Shown: in pieces, positions 26,411 to 41,450 of the stretch
Numbering within the stretch: position 1 is the stretch's first letter
Layout: every line of letters begins with the position of its first letter
Assembly (NCBI GenBank): GCA_051362555.1
Contig: CM120641.1
Span: forward strand, 8,556,001-8,620,000
Length of the DNA stretch: 64,000 nucleotides
Source of the DNA: Lingula anatina
Taxonomy: Eukaryota > Animalia > Brachiopoda
Direction of reading: 5' to 3'
Notes under the pieces: generated by a model
What the model was told of the DNA's origin: nothing
The model's database searches: none
Seen by the model: the letters and a program-made list of their open reading frames with translations, nothing else
Made by a program: the position numbers and the translations under genes

Positions 26411-29400
26411 CTTTGTCAGAGACAATATGCTTCCCTCATTGGTGTGGATGGCAAAAGACAACCAGACTTCTTATGGTCAGTACAATAGCGCTGCAGTTCC
26501 ACAGTGGTCAAAATACACGACTGTCATTTGTCACATTTCAAGAAGTGTCGAAAGATTTTACCTTTACAAAAAAATTATAGAGCCGGAGGGATTATTTTCC
26601 TGCAATGAATATCACTAGGTAGGAAATGCATTTCTATACATACATCTGGAGTCTTTGTAATAGGCTTAGATCTAAAGCTGCTAAACGAATTGTACAAGAA
26701 AAAATGTTCCTATCATGACGTTCTCTAACAAATAAATGAAGCACTATGAAAGATTATAAATTATCATAACCGTCATTCGGTCACCCGAGGGAATGGACAA
26801 TTGCTGCATATGGCAGATTTCCTTACCAAGAGTACTTTTGATTTTGTTCTTATACGGATGCTTATAAACCCCGTGCATTTTGTTGTTGAGCAAGATGCAC
26901 AAGTGGCAGCTTTACTTAAAAGTAAAAATCTTAATTTCTCCTCTTTCCGTTTCTACACATCAGCTTTTCTAGAGACTAATGACAAAGAAGTAAAAATTAT
27001 AAAGACGAAAGACAGGAATAAACGAAAATCGTGACTCCATTATGTTCAAATTAATTCAGCTGTTCTAGGAAAAAAGTGCAAAGCACAGAGGCTCGCGCGT
27101 AACGTAAATCTATTCATTATTCTATGGGGTCATTCTGCTGAATGTCAAATAAACTTATTAGGATGGTAAGCACGTGCTAATGAACACAGTTAACTAATGG
27201 TTGCCATTGGTCTACATTCGATTTTATTTTTTAACGCTTGAAAGCAAGGTAAGTGACACGTTCTTGTGGTAAAATGCCATCAGAATACGCAGATCATAAG
27301 GCAAGGTCAGCGGAATTTCTCATGGCAAACACGACGAATTCCTTGAACAATCGATTAGTCAGCAAGAGCTGAAAATTTTTTCCGACAAACAAAGTGTTGC
27401 GTGAGTGCACTTACTGAATCATTACGTGGAAATTGAAAGATATCCTACTGTATATATGGTTTCCTGTTGTTGGTTGATAAGAAGACGAGAGAAGGATATC
27501 ACGTCCCTTTTTACAGGTGGCAGTGATGTGACTGATGACGCAATGTAATACGTTTTGTGCCAGTAGTTCATGTAATACATTTTTAAAATATTGAAACGTA
27601 CTATTGTTGGTGCTGAAAAAAAGGATGTCATTTGCTTCATATTTCCCTCACAGCGCAATATCTTATAGATAAATTATCCTGTGAAACCATAATCACTTTA
27701 AAACCTACTTATTAAAGGTTATGGCAAACTTAAGGTTTTGAACAATGTGTCGATGAAAAAAAAACATATGAGGGACTGTGGCTTCCACAACGTATCTTTG
27801 AGGTAATGTACAGCATGAGAAAACACCATAGGAGGATTAAAATGCAAAACCAATATCACTGACACGATAAAGGTCATCATTAGTTTCGAAAGAAGGGGAA
27901 TAAAATGCTTTTTTAATGAAGAACGTTAGAATTTTTTCTTTTTTGTCCGTGATCATATCTTAGACATAATATCAAACACAAAAAATTTACTCATTTTATT
28001 GTGATATTATGTCAAAATAATAATAATAATAATAGTATTAGTATTATTATTATTATTTCAACTCTAGGCAGGGCTTAAACTTTTTCTGTCATACAACGCT
28101 AAAGTCAATGACCTGTAACTCATATTTTAAGCTTGCCGTGAAATTTGATCAAGACTTTGGATTTGACATGAACAGAAAACATTACTTTGTCATTTTCCTT
28201 GTTACAGAAAGGGATACTATATTCTATCTAGCATTTTCTATAGAATGATCTTCATATAAGCCTACGCAGTACACAATGTACAATGTGTGAAATTGGGTAG
28301 GCCTATGTGTGAAATTTGTTGTGGGTCGCCCTGCTTTACGACAGATTATATTCTGGGATTTCATAGCGGTATCGAATTGGTAAACTTTGCGGATTATTAC
28401 CTATCGTCACCTTCTCAATGCAAATTGTTTCTTCCCCATCGATTATACTTTGAAATCTGAAACTGATGGTATTTTAACGGTGTTGTGTGGACGTACCCCC
28501 TAGCGACAATCTTCCTCCGATACTAAAGACCAACTGAGTGATGACATTAATTCCACAAGAAAATTTAAGCTGGACAACAGTACAGGAAAGCATACAGTAA
28601 AAGCCATAGATATATTTGTGAATATCTAGTGAAAGATCAATCTGTGGCCCTGGTAGAGGGTAGCAAAATAAAGCTCTACAGCCATTTCCTCAAGAATGCA
28701 TTCAAGTGTTATACGCAGTGTATGAACCATAAAATAGCCATTTATATGTATTTGCCCGTAGTTAATTTTCAATTATTAACTCCAATAGAAAAGAGTTGAT
28801 TGTCTTTCTTGGGCCATGGATACGGATGCACCAATTTGTTTCAGAGAAGAGGACAATCTTAATGAGTCCTCCCACCTGCCCCCCTCCCCCTTTTTGAGTC
28901 TAGGCACCGTTACGGGAAATGTTTGCTGGATAAGGTATTGCTAGATTTTGCATTAAAAAAGATAACAGGATGCCATGGGTAATAGTTACGGAAACCATCA
29001 TAAATGGCTCATGTGGCAATATTCCTGATGATGTTGATCAATTTTGCAACTTCAAATGGCTATGAAGTATTCTGAAACATACATGCATGTCTTTTATGGG
29101 TAATTGATTTCCTGATGCAGTCAAAGGAATTATCAAAACCAAGATGACACTAACATCTTGTCTTTATAGCTTTTACCGTAATATACGCCTACGTGTAGGC
29201 CTATGATCTTACCAATAAATAAGAACGATGCCTGACCAGTCTGTAAACTAGTAAGAATCACTTAAAAGGTACTCTACGCAGGATTTACACGGCAAGATGA
29301 AATTGCGTTGAGGGGAAAAAAGCGATTTTCTCCCACTCACAAATTATTGCTTGACCTGCCCCTGCTCTTGGACTTAATGTCTTTTCTTCATTTTTAATTC

Positions 29401-31630
29401 AAAAGAAAACATTGACGCCAAGCAATTTTATTTGTGGGGTTTCATATCTTTCAAGGTCTGAATAAGGAAAGATTAGTAGCTTTGCAGTGATATGGAGACA
29501 CTGAAAACATGACTTTGGGAAATTTTCAAACGCGCACAGTTGGCCTATGCCTTAAACGTTCCATTTTTTTACATTCGATTCTTAGATCTGATATTGGGTA
29601 AATATTTTGCCATTTTCTTATAACAATGGTCTGACAATTCGGATTTCGAATCGATTTTCAGACTTTGGGCTAAGAAACTGAAAGCAAGCTTTTTACACCG
29701 GTGTTTTAGTAACAAGGTGGACATAATCATTATTTGAAAAGCAGCATATTTTTTACTGTAATAACTGTTAAGTACCCCCCTTTCATCAAGTCTATACATT
29801 TTATTACAGTTCTAATTATAATCAATGTAGAAAGATATGTTTGTACGCCTACTCACGTTAATGAAGACCTCAAAAACCACTGATACAAAGATTCAAATAG
29901 AAAGTGAATGAGAAATCGAACTAAAAAATTCAAGTCATTGACATACAGTGTGAAAAATTCTTCAATGAAAAAGATGGAGGAGTGGTGCATCCTCGTTGAC
30001 TTGTGTGTACATGTATGAATAGCAGAGCAGAGTTACCGTTAGTACTCAGAAATTCAGGGAAACAATACACAGACCAGTGTCTTTTCAACGCCTTTTGCGC
30101 CTATTGACAATGGACACACCCCTTGTGTTATTAGCCCGTCTCTAGAGAGAGATGAAGTTATGGTTAGCGTTATCTTTGAACAACACAAGGAAACGGAGTG
30201 GCTTCTTATTACATGGAATAACCAAATGGCGATTTAACATTAAGGATACATCTCAATCATTTCCTTCATGAAGGTGCCACTTTCCCTCCTTCGGGCCTAC
30301 TTAGGCCAGTTATAAAAATTATATCCAACCATTTAGTTTTTTTTTTCTCATCGCGCCGTCTACTTTCCATAAAGCGACTTTTAGCCTCGCCTGGGGGATG
30401 TACTACAATAAATCCCACTTTTAAAACCAAAAGTTGGTCATATTCATCTAAGATCTAATATACTGTTTATTGGCTCTTAGGTTTGCTATTGGATTAAGAT
30501 CCTAGTGTACGTCTACAGTATGTCCACAAGACCCTCAACAGTCTACAGGTAATAATCGTACATTCTACACGCATTTTTTCTTTTCATGTCCATCTTTTAA
30601 AACAGGCCAGACTAGTTACTTTATTGGTGGAGCTTCGAATTTTAGTATTTGCTGTTGTCGGGTTTCGTTAAAGTGACGGACTTTGCCATTTTCCGTTTAT
30701 GATCTACGTTTGAGTTAGGATGTCATTCATTTCTTTTCTTCTTTTACCAGAGGCAAATTTTCTGTGATGATTTTGAATGCTTCTGGGTTATTTGTTGATA
30801 CAAACTTTTTTCTTATGTGGTCCTTTGTCAGGAGCATTTTTTCCAATCCCAGATTGTATTCATTTCCTTGGATATAGTCTCTTCAGAAGATACCCCTATG
30901 ATTTAGCTCGACGTCGTTATTGTACAGGTATCAGTGCAGTGTGGTCTTACTGGAGACAAATGAATATATTCGTTTACGTAGTTCAATTGAAAGAGATGTC
31001 GTGTTGTTTCATGTCTGGGATGACACGAGTCGAACGGAAGGTACCGGTATTATTTTGAGATTTGAGCATTCTGCAAAACATGTCCAAGTCAATTTGCCCC
31101 TTTTCATTTTTTATTTCAGTAGTATTTATCACTAAAGGGAATACATTGCTATTTCAGGTACATTTCAATTCCTCTGTAATAAAGGTATTTTGATCCTCCT
31201 TGAGATGTCTTCACCATACCTTTTTTTTTCAGTATTCTATTGCCCGAATCATGGGAAATATCAGAATACATGTTCGTGATGTCAAAAAAGGTGCAAGTTT
31301 CTATTACAGCAATCATTTTTACTCATAGATGCAAAGATAATTGAACAGGATACATATTACAGACTGTATTCATAATAACAATGAATCACTTTAAGAACTC
31401 CCTGGAAGTGCAATCCAACTCAATTCAATCAAAATCACCAGCGTCTTTGTTAAATCTTTGTGTTATATTAAACAAGGCAGCAAGGCTGTCAAATGCACAG
31501 ACACAAAGCAGAAAATAACAAATGAAAGTGTGCAAAATGGGGTTTTTGTAAACTGCTCTGAAATATTTAATAATGTTTAACAACTTAATCACCAATTTTT
31601 ATTTATTTATTTATTTATGTGGACATGACA

Positions 31631-31993
31631 GGAAGCACGGTAACCGATAATAGCAAGTGTGAGGCAGATATCAGGACAAGAATTGGTACAGCAATAGATG
31701 TTTCAGAACATACAGAAGATACTCAAAGACAGGAAAATGAAAATTAAAACAACGCTATATTTATTCTATACTGGCATATAGCAGCAAGTGCTGGATTATA
31801 TCCAATATAGTGGCAGAAAGTCTGCAGGTTCTAGAAATGTGGTCCATGATAAGGGTGCTAAGGAATTGTGGAAAGAATATATCAACAGTAAAGATGCCCT
31901 AGAAAGAGCTGAAAGGGAAAGAAGTTGACTCAGAACAATAAGAAAGAGGCAATTAGAGTTATTTTGACATGTGATGAGGAAAGCAGGCTTAGA
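31631..31993 (+). mobile_element. RTE-clade LINE 3' ORF fragment (degenerate)
   Basis: Translates to GSTVTDNSKCEADIRTRIGTA...YSILAYSSKCWIIS...LEMW...R..R.WK....S.D.L.RA..ERS*LRTIRKRQLELF*HVMRKAGLE, the typical RTE post-RT tail, with stops and frameshifts. Confidence 0.75.
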
Positions 31994-32892
31994 GTGTTCA
32001 GAGTGAACGTTGCAGTATTACACAATGCTTATAAGCGTAATCACCACCAAATTTCAAAAATGTACTACAGGTAACATAATCATTCAAAATGTAACTAGCA
32101 AAGGGTGTCAGGCCCATGGAAGTTCACACAATGACTATGCCAATTGGTGAAAGATAAAAATTTCAAAAAGAAAAAAAATAACTTCAAGAAGAGGAATCAT
32201 TAAAGGCTGGTTTTTAGGCCTAAAATTATTGACAACAGCTATGACAATGACAGATGCAGGTGATGGCTATATGTACAAACATGCTGTGCCTGTACATAAA
32301 AAGCAATTCCTTGTGAAAAACTTCTTTCTTTTTAAGGTCACGCAAAGGTGACATGCCATCACTGTACATGTAGATAGCATTCTTCAACATGATGACTGTC
32401 TGGCCTACTTGGAAGAGAAGCAATGAGAATTGCGCAATTAAAATCCACATGGCTTTTAAACCAAATACATGCCCTATCCATCTTTAAACTGGGTCTTAGA
32501 TTCAAATAAGTGTCTTTTACTGCATGTTGTTTTGTGGTATCCTGTGAGACATTTAAATCGGAGAAACAGTTATTACAGTATGTAATATACTGTGATTATG
32601 GTCCAATATCAAAATCATTTTAAAAACACACCAAAAGTTTTAATTTGAAAAGAGGTAAAGTGTATGGCAGATTAACTTCTTTCTGTGTTTTTCTTTCTTT
32701 TTAAAGCCTGTCAACATGGACTCCCATTCCAGCACAAGGCATATATTAAAAAAAGAAAAAAAAAAGATTTCCACAGGACAGTAATTTTTCTGACTTTAAT
32801 CAACAGCAAGATGTTTGAGGCTTCCACAACCGAGACCTGTCAAGCTGAAAACTCTGTTTTGGTTTCTTGTCTTTTTTACTGAGCTATTCTTA

Positions 32893-35800
32893 TTACTGCT
32901 TCTTAGAAACAATCACAACAGCTGAAGGAACCAAACCTGAAATTTAAAAACAACAAGTCACATCAATTTTATGGTACATATGCTACTGCCGGGTATTTTT
33001 CTTAAGTAAATATAAATACTTGAGTTTTAGCTTAACATTATATAAAAAACTATTAAATAAATTATTGACAACTGATAAAGTAGATGTTGCTGATGGATAG
33101 CCATTGCATATTCCCATACATTGGCACATTGCCAGGAGTACAGACCCCACCCCAAAGATATCTGTCACTGTATCTTGATTACTGATGGTATACATCAAAA
33201 TAACAACATAAGACATCTGCCTTAATGCTTGGTCATTTAAGAGTATTAGTGAAATCTTAATGTGAAAAAACAGAATGATCCACCCCCAAGGATTGCAACC
33301 TTATGTCCCTCATGGGATGAAGAAATTAAGTAAGTACCCCAGGGACCTGCACACCCTTATATATATTCTTAAAAGAAAGATTCAATAACAATAACAATAA
33401 CAATAACATACCAATGAAAAAAAAAATTCAAAATTCACATCTATCTGCCATTTGAGGTCATAATTTGACAACCTGACCCAGGGCTCATTTGCACATTCTT
33501 TTTTACTAACATGCTCATAAAATATCAGCAAATACAATAACAGATTAAAACTGGGCCGAAAATACAGACAATTATACAGACAATTAAGGGGACTTCAACT
33601 GGTCTACTGATTAAACAGATGAACTTTTCTCTGTCCTGTCATGTAATCTGCATGGAAGATAACTTAATGAGCCCTTTAAGCCAACACAGACAACCAAGTT
33701 ATGGCCATTGTTATCACTCAGCTGTATACAGTCACTCTCATACCAGTGGCCATTCATTCCCTATGGAAATTGTTACCATCTTGGACGTTAAAGAACTGGT
33801 TCAGAAAGGGACAAAAGGAAGCCATTTATGAGAAGGCAGAGCAGCCAAGCCTTAACAAACGGGGAGGGTGATGGTGACATTCCACCTGCCCAGGACACAG
33901 AACTGGGTAATCAGTTATCTTCCATGCATATTACCCAACAGGACTGTCAGGCTCGTATTTCAAAGGAGGGGGTCTAATTCTGAAAAAGGGGACCTTTTAC
34001 CGTGAAATCAAATTTGACCCAAAATGGACCTTTTCCTGGCAGAAAGGGTGGTTCGTTTGTACCCTCTAGCTGAACCCTGGTTATGGCCCGACTGAGAATT
34101 GTTCAATCTGTTTTCTCAATAGACTGGCTGAAGTCTTGAAGAAGGAGCACAATATCACCAACAAAACAAATTTGTAAGTTCAGTAATAGATAAAAATAGT
34201 TGTTTTCCAGCAAAAATCATGAAAAAATCTGATCATGCTGATTTCTGAAGGGAACAAAACAAAGTTATATAGCATATTTGAAGTAAAACAAATTAAGGTT
34301 TGGCATGTGTGGGGTTAATATCACCAAAATACATACAAATAAAAACCAACAATTTTTGTGAAATGTTAATTTCTTAAGGAAACTTTTTTTAATAAACAAA
34401 GCCACTCAGTAAATTTTTAGTAAAAAATTGGTTTGGCAGTTATAGGGTGAACAACAATATGCATCAGCAAGAATTCTTTTTAGCTTAAGGATAAAAATGG
34501 AAGCTGAAACTGAGAACAGTTACCCACCAAGAACAGAGAGCGGCTTCTCCATATCTTCATCTGTGAATACTTTCCTGGGGAATGTAGTCATTAAAGAAAA
34601 AGGTCCATCCCCATCTGTTCTGTGAGTATCAACATAAAGTCTTACTGCTTGAAGCGGTTCCTTGACACCAAAACTTTGGGTTAAAGCCTGCCCATTGCTT
34701 AATCGGATCTGAAATTATCATTTTGAATCAACATGTTAAAGTGGGATTTTATTTTCTAATATTCAATCAGTATGGTCAAATTGCCATCCTTTTTAACTAT
34801 CACTCTTTTATCATCATAATTTTTTTTGGTTACAAATGGTTTTCAGCTGACTGCTGTTAGATGTATAAAATCTGAAATAATAGACAATCTGTTTTTTTTC
34901 CTCTGTAATATCTTACACAATCTAATGTAACTTTTAACTTTACTTTCCAGTTACAACCTTTTAAATTCAGGGGATGTAAGATGAGGCTCACTTTTATATT
35001 CCTCACTCTTTTCGTGGTTAACAAAAGATTAAACAACATTTACAGAAGGAATATTTTGTTAAAAGTTTTACAAACTATGAAATTTCCAGTATACAAATAA
35101 ACACCTATACGATTTGAGACAAGCATTTTTAAAAAACTCCCAGGTTTAATCATTGAATCCACAGTCAGTTTTAGCTGAAATAATCACATTCAGTTACAAT
35201 ATGTAGTTTCATGATACAGAAATGTACAGAATCATCAAATATTTATCAGTGATGAATTCAAATATCTATGTGAAAATTTAAATTTCATCGGGATATTTAC
35301 AAATACAACTATACTATTATATAAAAAAAATTCTCTCAAACAGGGACAGATCTGGAATTTTTTACCTGTGGGTTTCCAAATGTCCGAAATAATTAAGGTT
35401 CATCAAAGACCATTATAGAAATTTGTTGTATACATGTATTAAAATAATATGTCTTAATCTTAGATTTAATTGATGATTACTTTTGATTTTCAAGCTAAAA
35501 TGCATGAGCAGTTTTTAATGATCTGGAATCTTTAAGCTTTGTTTTTTATCTTTATTTTAGGTTCATTCAACATAAATAAAGAGATGTGTGAAAGTAATCC
35601 ATTTACTTTTGTCATCACTTGTTTTACTATGCTAAAGAAATGCTTGCCTGTTTCCTTCATTGTTAAATGAAATTTTAAAAACTTTAAAATGCATATTAAG
35701 AACTAGAAATGTCAAATTATTGCTACTAAACCCAACCAAATGTCACCATACAGTAACTAGTTTCAATTAGTATTATATATAGATAGTTTACCACAGGGCT

Positions 35801-38800
35801 TTGCTTCATTATTGCCACCCACAGACACAGGTACATTGCATAATTTTCCTCTCTGTCAATTAGTTCATCTATAGTCAAGCCAATTACTCACTGATGACAT
35901 CAGCTATTATATAATAACAAGCTGGTCACCCTATGACAGGCCAATAAGCAGTCAATGCTCTGGGTTTTAACAAGCTGATCACAAATATATCCAGGTAGAT
36001 AAGATCAATTAGTTAGCTACTTTCACTGACTTAAAGAAACTTTGACGTCACTGGCATGGAAAAAAATGGTTGTCAACCGAATTAAACATGTTTGCCTCTG
36101 TTTCTTCTGCATATTTGCATAAGAAAAATTGAAAAAGCTATGATAGTGATGCGAGTGGTGTACCAACTGTGCTGCCCCCTACTCAATGGTTCTACCAATA
36201 AGATGTATATTTTCATCTGTGCAAAATGATGCAACACAGGCAGCACAATATGATGCAACACTTTCACCCATAAACATAACTTTAAATCTCCACTTATCAA
36301 AATTTCAATCAAAAACCACTGAGAACTTGTCAACATACAGTGTTCATGTTCCCACTATTAGATCCTTTAGCCTTGGACCCATCATACAGCAGTCCATAAA
36401 GACCCGTACTTAACTACTCACTTGCAATCTAGTCTGGTCATAGTCTTTCTTTGGAGCCTCTTGCTGTGTGACAACAGGTGCTGCCACTGTTGGTTGATTT
36501 TCAGTGTCAGCTTCTTTAGCCTGAGCAAACTGGGAAATGGCACAACCAAGGACATTTAATGAAATTATTACTATGAATGTATTTCAAATGTATCTCAAAA
36601 TGTTCTAACTGAAGGCTTAACCTAATCCACTTTTACATTTTACGGAATAAAAATTTACATTTAAAAAGACAGCAAACACATTTGTAAGTCAAATCACATA
36701 TAAAAGTACAGAACATTCAGCAGTGTGATGGGGAAAAAGTATAACTTAACATACCTTCTTAGCTCTTTCTCTTTTATCCTTTTCAATTTGTTCTTTGACA
36801 CGTTGTCTGGAAAGCATAAGGTGACAGGGAGTGGAATCAGATGCACTTGTATACATTATAATTCATTTACTATTTTGTTGGTTAATGGGATGAACTGTTT
36901 TGCATTCTAATTAACTCTGTCTTTAAATTAAAACATATTTTTGTTCATGAATTAAATAAAAAAAAACAATAAACAGCTTGAATAAAAATCTATTGATAAA
37001 AAAAATCTAGTTAAAGCTTGGCACTTCATGAATAAGCTAATCTCAGTCACCTTGCATTTCTTTCTTCTATCTTTTCTCTTCTTCTCTCTTCTACTATTTT
37101 TTTCATTTCTTTTTCTTGCATTCTGTAAAGATGCATGTCATACGAAGTCAAATAAAATGCCTTCAAGTAGTTCCAGCACATTTATCACACAATTTAAAAG
37201 TAGTACTGCCATTTCAAGCACCGGATAAATTATAGAAACATCAGACGTATGACATAACAACATAATCTTACTGTTGTTTTATATTGGTCAACTCTTTCCC
37301 AGATTGCCTTCTCATTTTCTCCCTCTCTAACTGCTCTCGCTTCTCTTGCTCTTCACGTTCTACTCGTTTCTGCTTAATTTTTTCCTTAAGCCTGAAATAA
37401 GTGATTACAAACAAAAATTAGGGAAAATATATGTTTTAAAACCATGGTAATTATGAACAATATGTAATTAAATAAAAAGAAAGCTAAAAAAGAAAACAAA
37501 TGGAATTAAAGAACCCAGTTTCATATAAAAACTTCTTAGGTCAACTGATAGTCTGAGCTATCTGTTAACATTGAATTCATGAAAATTGAACCTGAGCCAG
37601 CAAACTTAAATTTGAGTAACTGGTCTCCATTTCTGCCTCGGCAAGTTGATACTTAAACCTCAATGCCCTGAGACATTATCAAGATCCAAGTAACCTGCCT
37701 TTCCAATTGCGCCTTCTTTTCCTCCTCTGTCAGAGGCCTGATTTCTTCAGTGGACTCTGAAAAGCTTGCATGTCCAGTTCTGGCAGCATGCATCTCTGCC
37801 TCCATTGTGCTGCGCAAAGTTTTGCCACACCTTTACATAAGATTATAGTTTAAAAGTTAGAAAACAAAGCCATATGTAGAAGTACACACATATAAAAACA
37901 GAGACTACTGTACCCTAACCTGTTTCATCACTATCTACAGAGGGATTAGTTTAAGTTTAATAATAAATATGTGTATGTTAGTTGTTCAAAAATTAAGACA
38001 TTATACAATTATAATGATGCATGTTTTTAGTGTTTTCTTACAAACCAGTAGTTTATTTCAGACTTCTCTTTCTAGCTCTTTATCATTCATTATAAATAGT
38101 GCACTCCCCAGAATGTGCCATCTTGGATCATGGAAGTGAATTTTCAAACTACAAGTATCACTGTATATATCAATTATATGTATAATGACAAGAAATAACA
38201 CTTCAAAAATTGTGAGAGAGTTTTTTTTTTCAAAATTGATTTAACAAAAAGTAGTTGTATCTTGAAGGGTTTTCAGTAATATCATTTTGGTAACAAATGG
38301 ATTTAAAGCAAAGAATCTAATAAGTTTTAACTTACCAACACAAGAAAAAATAAATAAAAGATATAATCTGATCAACTAATCATGACTTCTAATTCAAATT
38401 TCGTAAACCAAGACTGCTTTCACTTACTCATCACATTTCAGTGACTTGGCTATTGGTGTTTCAGCTGATTCTCCTTCTGGACAACTCTCAGTATTTGCAT
38501 GTGCCTCTCCTGGAGTATCTTTAAATAAGAATGATTGTAACAATATAACATTATAGATTTCCAAATAAAAGATACATAAGGTCCCATATAAGTAATGTTG
38601 AGGTGTGAAACTTTGACTTTCATCCTTCTTTATAAACTGAAAATACAAATACCACAGTAAAAGAACCAAATACACACTGTTCCACAATCTTAAAGAAATA
38701 CATATGCAGACATTTAACTAAAGAAAAAGTTCTGTAGGGGAAGAAGTTTTTGAGAAAATGTCAGCAATTTTCAATTCAACACTCAGGTAAGCCCTACCCT

Positions 38801-40719
38801 AGAAAAGCATATCCACATCTTTTACTACACATTAAAATCTATTTTTGAGCATATGCTTTGAAGTCAGTTAGTAAGTCATTGCAAAAAAAAAAAAAAATGA
38901 TATTAAAAAATACGTAAAGAGTGAAATTACTTTTATCATAAAAAAAAATAATAATCCAATCATATTAATTATAATTTTTTTAAACATAAAACCTCCAAAT
39001 TAATCTCAATTTGAAATAAAAAATGATGGCCATGGCAATTTGAAGTTAATTAAAGCATCTGTGATGCATGTACATAAAATGTAAACATTTATGCTGACCA
39101 TACAAGACAAAACATGGTTCATAAGTACCCTGATTTGTTTCCGTCTCCATAGCTGTGTCTCCTGAGCCTGCCTTGTCCTCTCCAGACTTGCCACCTAATA
39201 ATTGTCCAGCTGGAGCTTCATATGGCTCATCAATATCTGGGTCTTCAGAATGAGCAAACAACCTAATAACAAAATAGCTTTACAATGAAACAAAAATAAA
39301 TGTTTATAATTGTTCAGGAATTACTATAATTACATTTTAGACCAAAAAAATCCAAACAGTATATGAAATTATACATTAGCACTTAAAGAAAAAAAGCTCA
39401 TAAGAAGACAACTACTCCTTTTTGATGAAACTTATAAACCTGTACTAGTACCTACAAATCAACTGCTTTTAACTTATATTGCACTTTAGTACACTTACCA
39501 ATCCATGGCTATCTGCACTCCTTGAAAATTGGTTTTAGCTAGGGCCTTCTCCCTGTTAAAATGAAAAAAAAAATGAATAGCAGGGGCAGATTTAGGCCGT
39601 CTTCTGGGTCTTCCGGAAGACGGTCAGATTTTCAAGTTTACATTGATGGGTATCTAATTTTTACTGTCGGAAGACGGTCAAAAATGGAGGATAGATAACA
39701 AAGATAATTAGGAAGACTGTCAGAATATATATCTAGATCCGCTCCTGAATAGGCCAGAATAAACTGATACTGATATGCTGGTCTTTTGAGGATTTCAGAA
39801 TATAAAGCATCTTCTAGGGATGTGATTAGGATAGAATAAATCCCACTCAAAGATGGGAATCTCTTGGATATACAGTGTATGAATCCCTGAGTCAATTAAT
39901 GATTCAACTGCATTTTTCTTCACACAATCATATCAGTACTTACTAGTAGTATTTCCTTTTTCTGAAGTCTAAAGAAACAAAAACTCTTTCATTGCAAATT
40001 AAAGGCCACAATTTGTGACAGAGAACATGCAGTTTTTGCCTCAATAGTTTGTAACACAGGGTGGAATGAGGCCTTGCCTGTGGTATGTACATGTACTTAG
40101 CATGCAATGCTGGAAACTGTATATGATTGCTCTGTACTAATGCAGTATGACCTACATGCAAGTTTTGGACTTCCTGAACCATTTTTCTTGAATTTACTTG
40201 TGTGGTGACTTTGATCAGTGTCTCTGCTAGCTTATTCAAATCCATTTGTTTTGCAATTTATACTGAGTTTCAATGTTCACATTTGAAATGATCTCAACTC
40301 CTATTTTATTTGAATGGGCTTGAAGTTTCTTGTACAAACAGTACATTTGCAAAATAAATTATCCTAACAGCAGAAACATTGATGGAAGTCACAACATAAC
40401 TGCATTTTTCTTTAGAAATAAGAACTGAAAGTCAAAGACGTGTACACTAATTTTTACTTTTTTTTTTTTGAGGGGGGGGGGGGCATGCTTGTACTGCCTA
40501 AGTACTGATTGTTCTTCCATTGTAATAAGACACAGCGTGATACAACATTACAAGGACGCTCAACTTCGTAACTCTCGAATATATCTTTTATTTGTTCTGG
40601 CGGAGCCGAAATCTACATGTACCGCTCGAAATAAATTTAATCATGAATGAACACAGAGGAAACTTACGCTCTGTCTTTAGAAAAACCCATCTCCATAAGG
40701 GTATTCACGTCAGTCGACA
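32893..40719 (-). CDS. UBXN1: UBX domain-containing protein 1 (UBA - C2H2-like finger - coiled coil - UBX), 11 exons
   Basis: Exons 40719-40667, 39552-39499, 39262-39129, 38518-38428, 37830-37699, 37391-37272, 37122-37051, 36806-36755, 36529-36422, 34708-34528, 32936-32893. Translation: [49 protein letters not shown] (UBA)...RPLTEEEKKAQLER...YDQTRLQIRLSNGQALTQSF...[31 protein letters not shown] (UBX with FPR loop). Confidence 0.94.
39581..39747. mobile_element. CAGGGGCGGATC-family MITE in UBXN1 intron 1 with 5-bp TSD
   Basis: aatag|caggggcagatttag ... ctagatccgctcctg|aatag; internal repeated ggaagacggtca motif. Confidence 0.75.
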
Positions 40720-40789
40720 TCTATAGTTTTAAACTAAATGGACATAAAATATAATATAATAAGATCAACTACAAAAGTTTTGATGAACA

Positions 40790-40810
40790 ACACCAACTTC
40801 CGGTAAATAC
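40790..40810 (-). promoter_or_regulatory. ETS-type motif in the UBXN1 proximal promoter
   Basis: ACTTCCGGT about 80 bp upstream of the UBXN1 ATG, typical of housekeeping promoters. Confidence 0.35.
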
Positions 40811-41169
40811 GCAGAATTACTTGCGAGTTCAAGCTGTAGTTTCGAAGTTGAGTAAACCGAAACCAAAAGCGCACTTTACAGAAAAAAGACAACTATGAGA
40901 CCTAGATTTCAAGCTTCGTTGCAAAGCAAAAAGTGTAAATCTTTAACAGTTGATTAAATTTATACTTTCAACGTTTGAAAATACCCATGCAATGTAACTA
41001 AGTCTACACAAGAAAATTTATAAAGGAAAGTCTGGTTTTCATGTACAGTAACCTCGAAACTTAAACCTTCGATTCCCGGCCTTCAGCATGAACTGTTCAG
41101 GCATGACTGTGCAATCATTTAAAACTAATTTGTTTTATAAATCCAAGTTAAGTTCTATCCATGTAGAAG

Positions 41170-41450
41170 ATTTTTAATGGCTATTAAATATGATCCAATT
41201 TTCCATAAAGAAAAAAGAGAAAAGCGGTTGAAGCCGCAGCTACCCATGTAACAAAAAGACTCCATTAAAGTTATTGAAAGTGCCATTACATATTTACGCA
41301 ATCTCTAAAGTGACTCATGTTTATGTCATAAACACAGGGCTAATCAGCGAGATGTATGTGATATTCACGAAAACGTACTGTGTATCTAACCATGTTTAAC
41401 TTATATCACGGTTCTTCAACCTGACTTTTACGCCCATCAAACCATTAACT
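41170..41450 (+). repeat. Diverged direct repeat, copy 1 (copy 2 at ~47366-47665)
   Basis: Colinear shared blocks gccgcagcta, agactccatta, atgtttatgt.ataaa, ctaatcagc, tcacgaaaacgt..tgtgtatct, ttttac..ccatcaaaccat. Confidence 0.8.

Noticed and set aside
30640-31140. Possible transposase or exon remnant
   Set aside because: No catalytic or family motif could be read in any frame.
32940-40660. Intronic snoRNAs in UBXN1
   Set aside because: No convincing paired C/D boxes with terminal stems or H/ACA hairpins were found by eye; a covariance-model scan would be needed.
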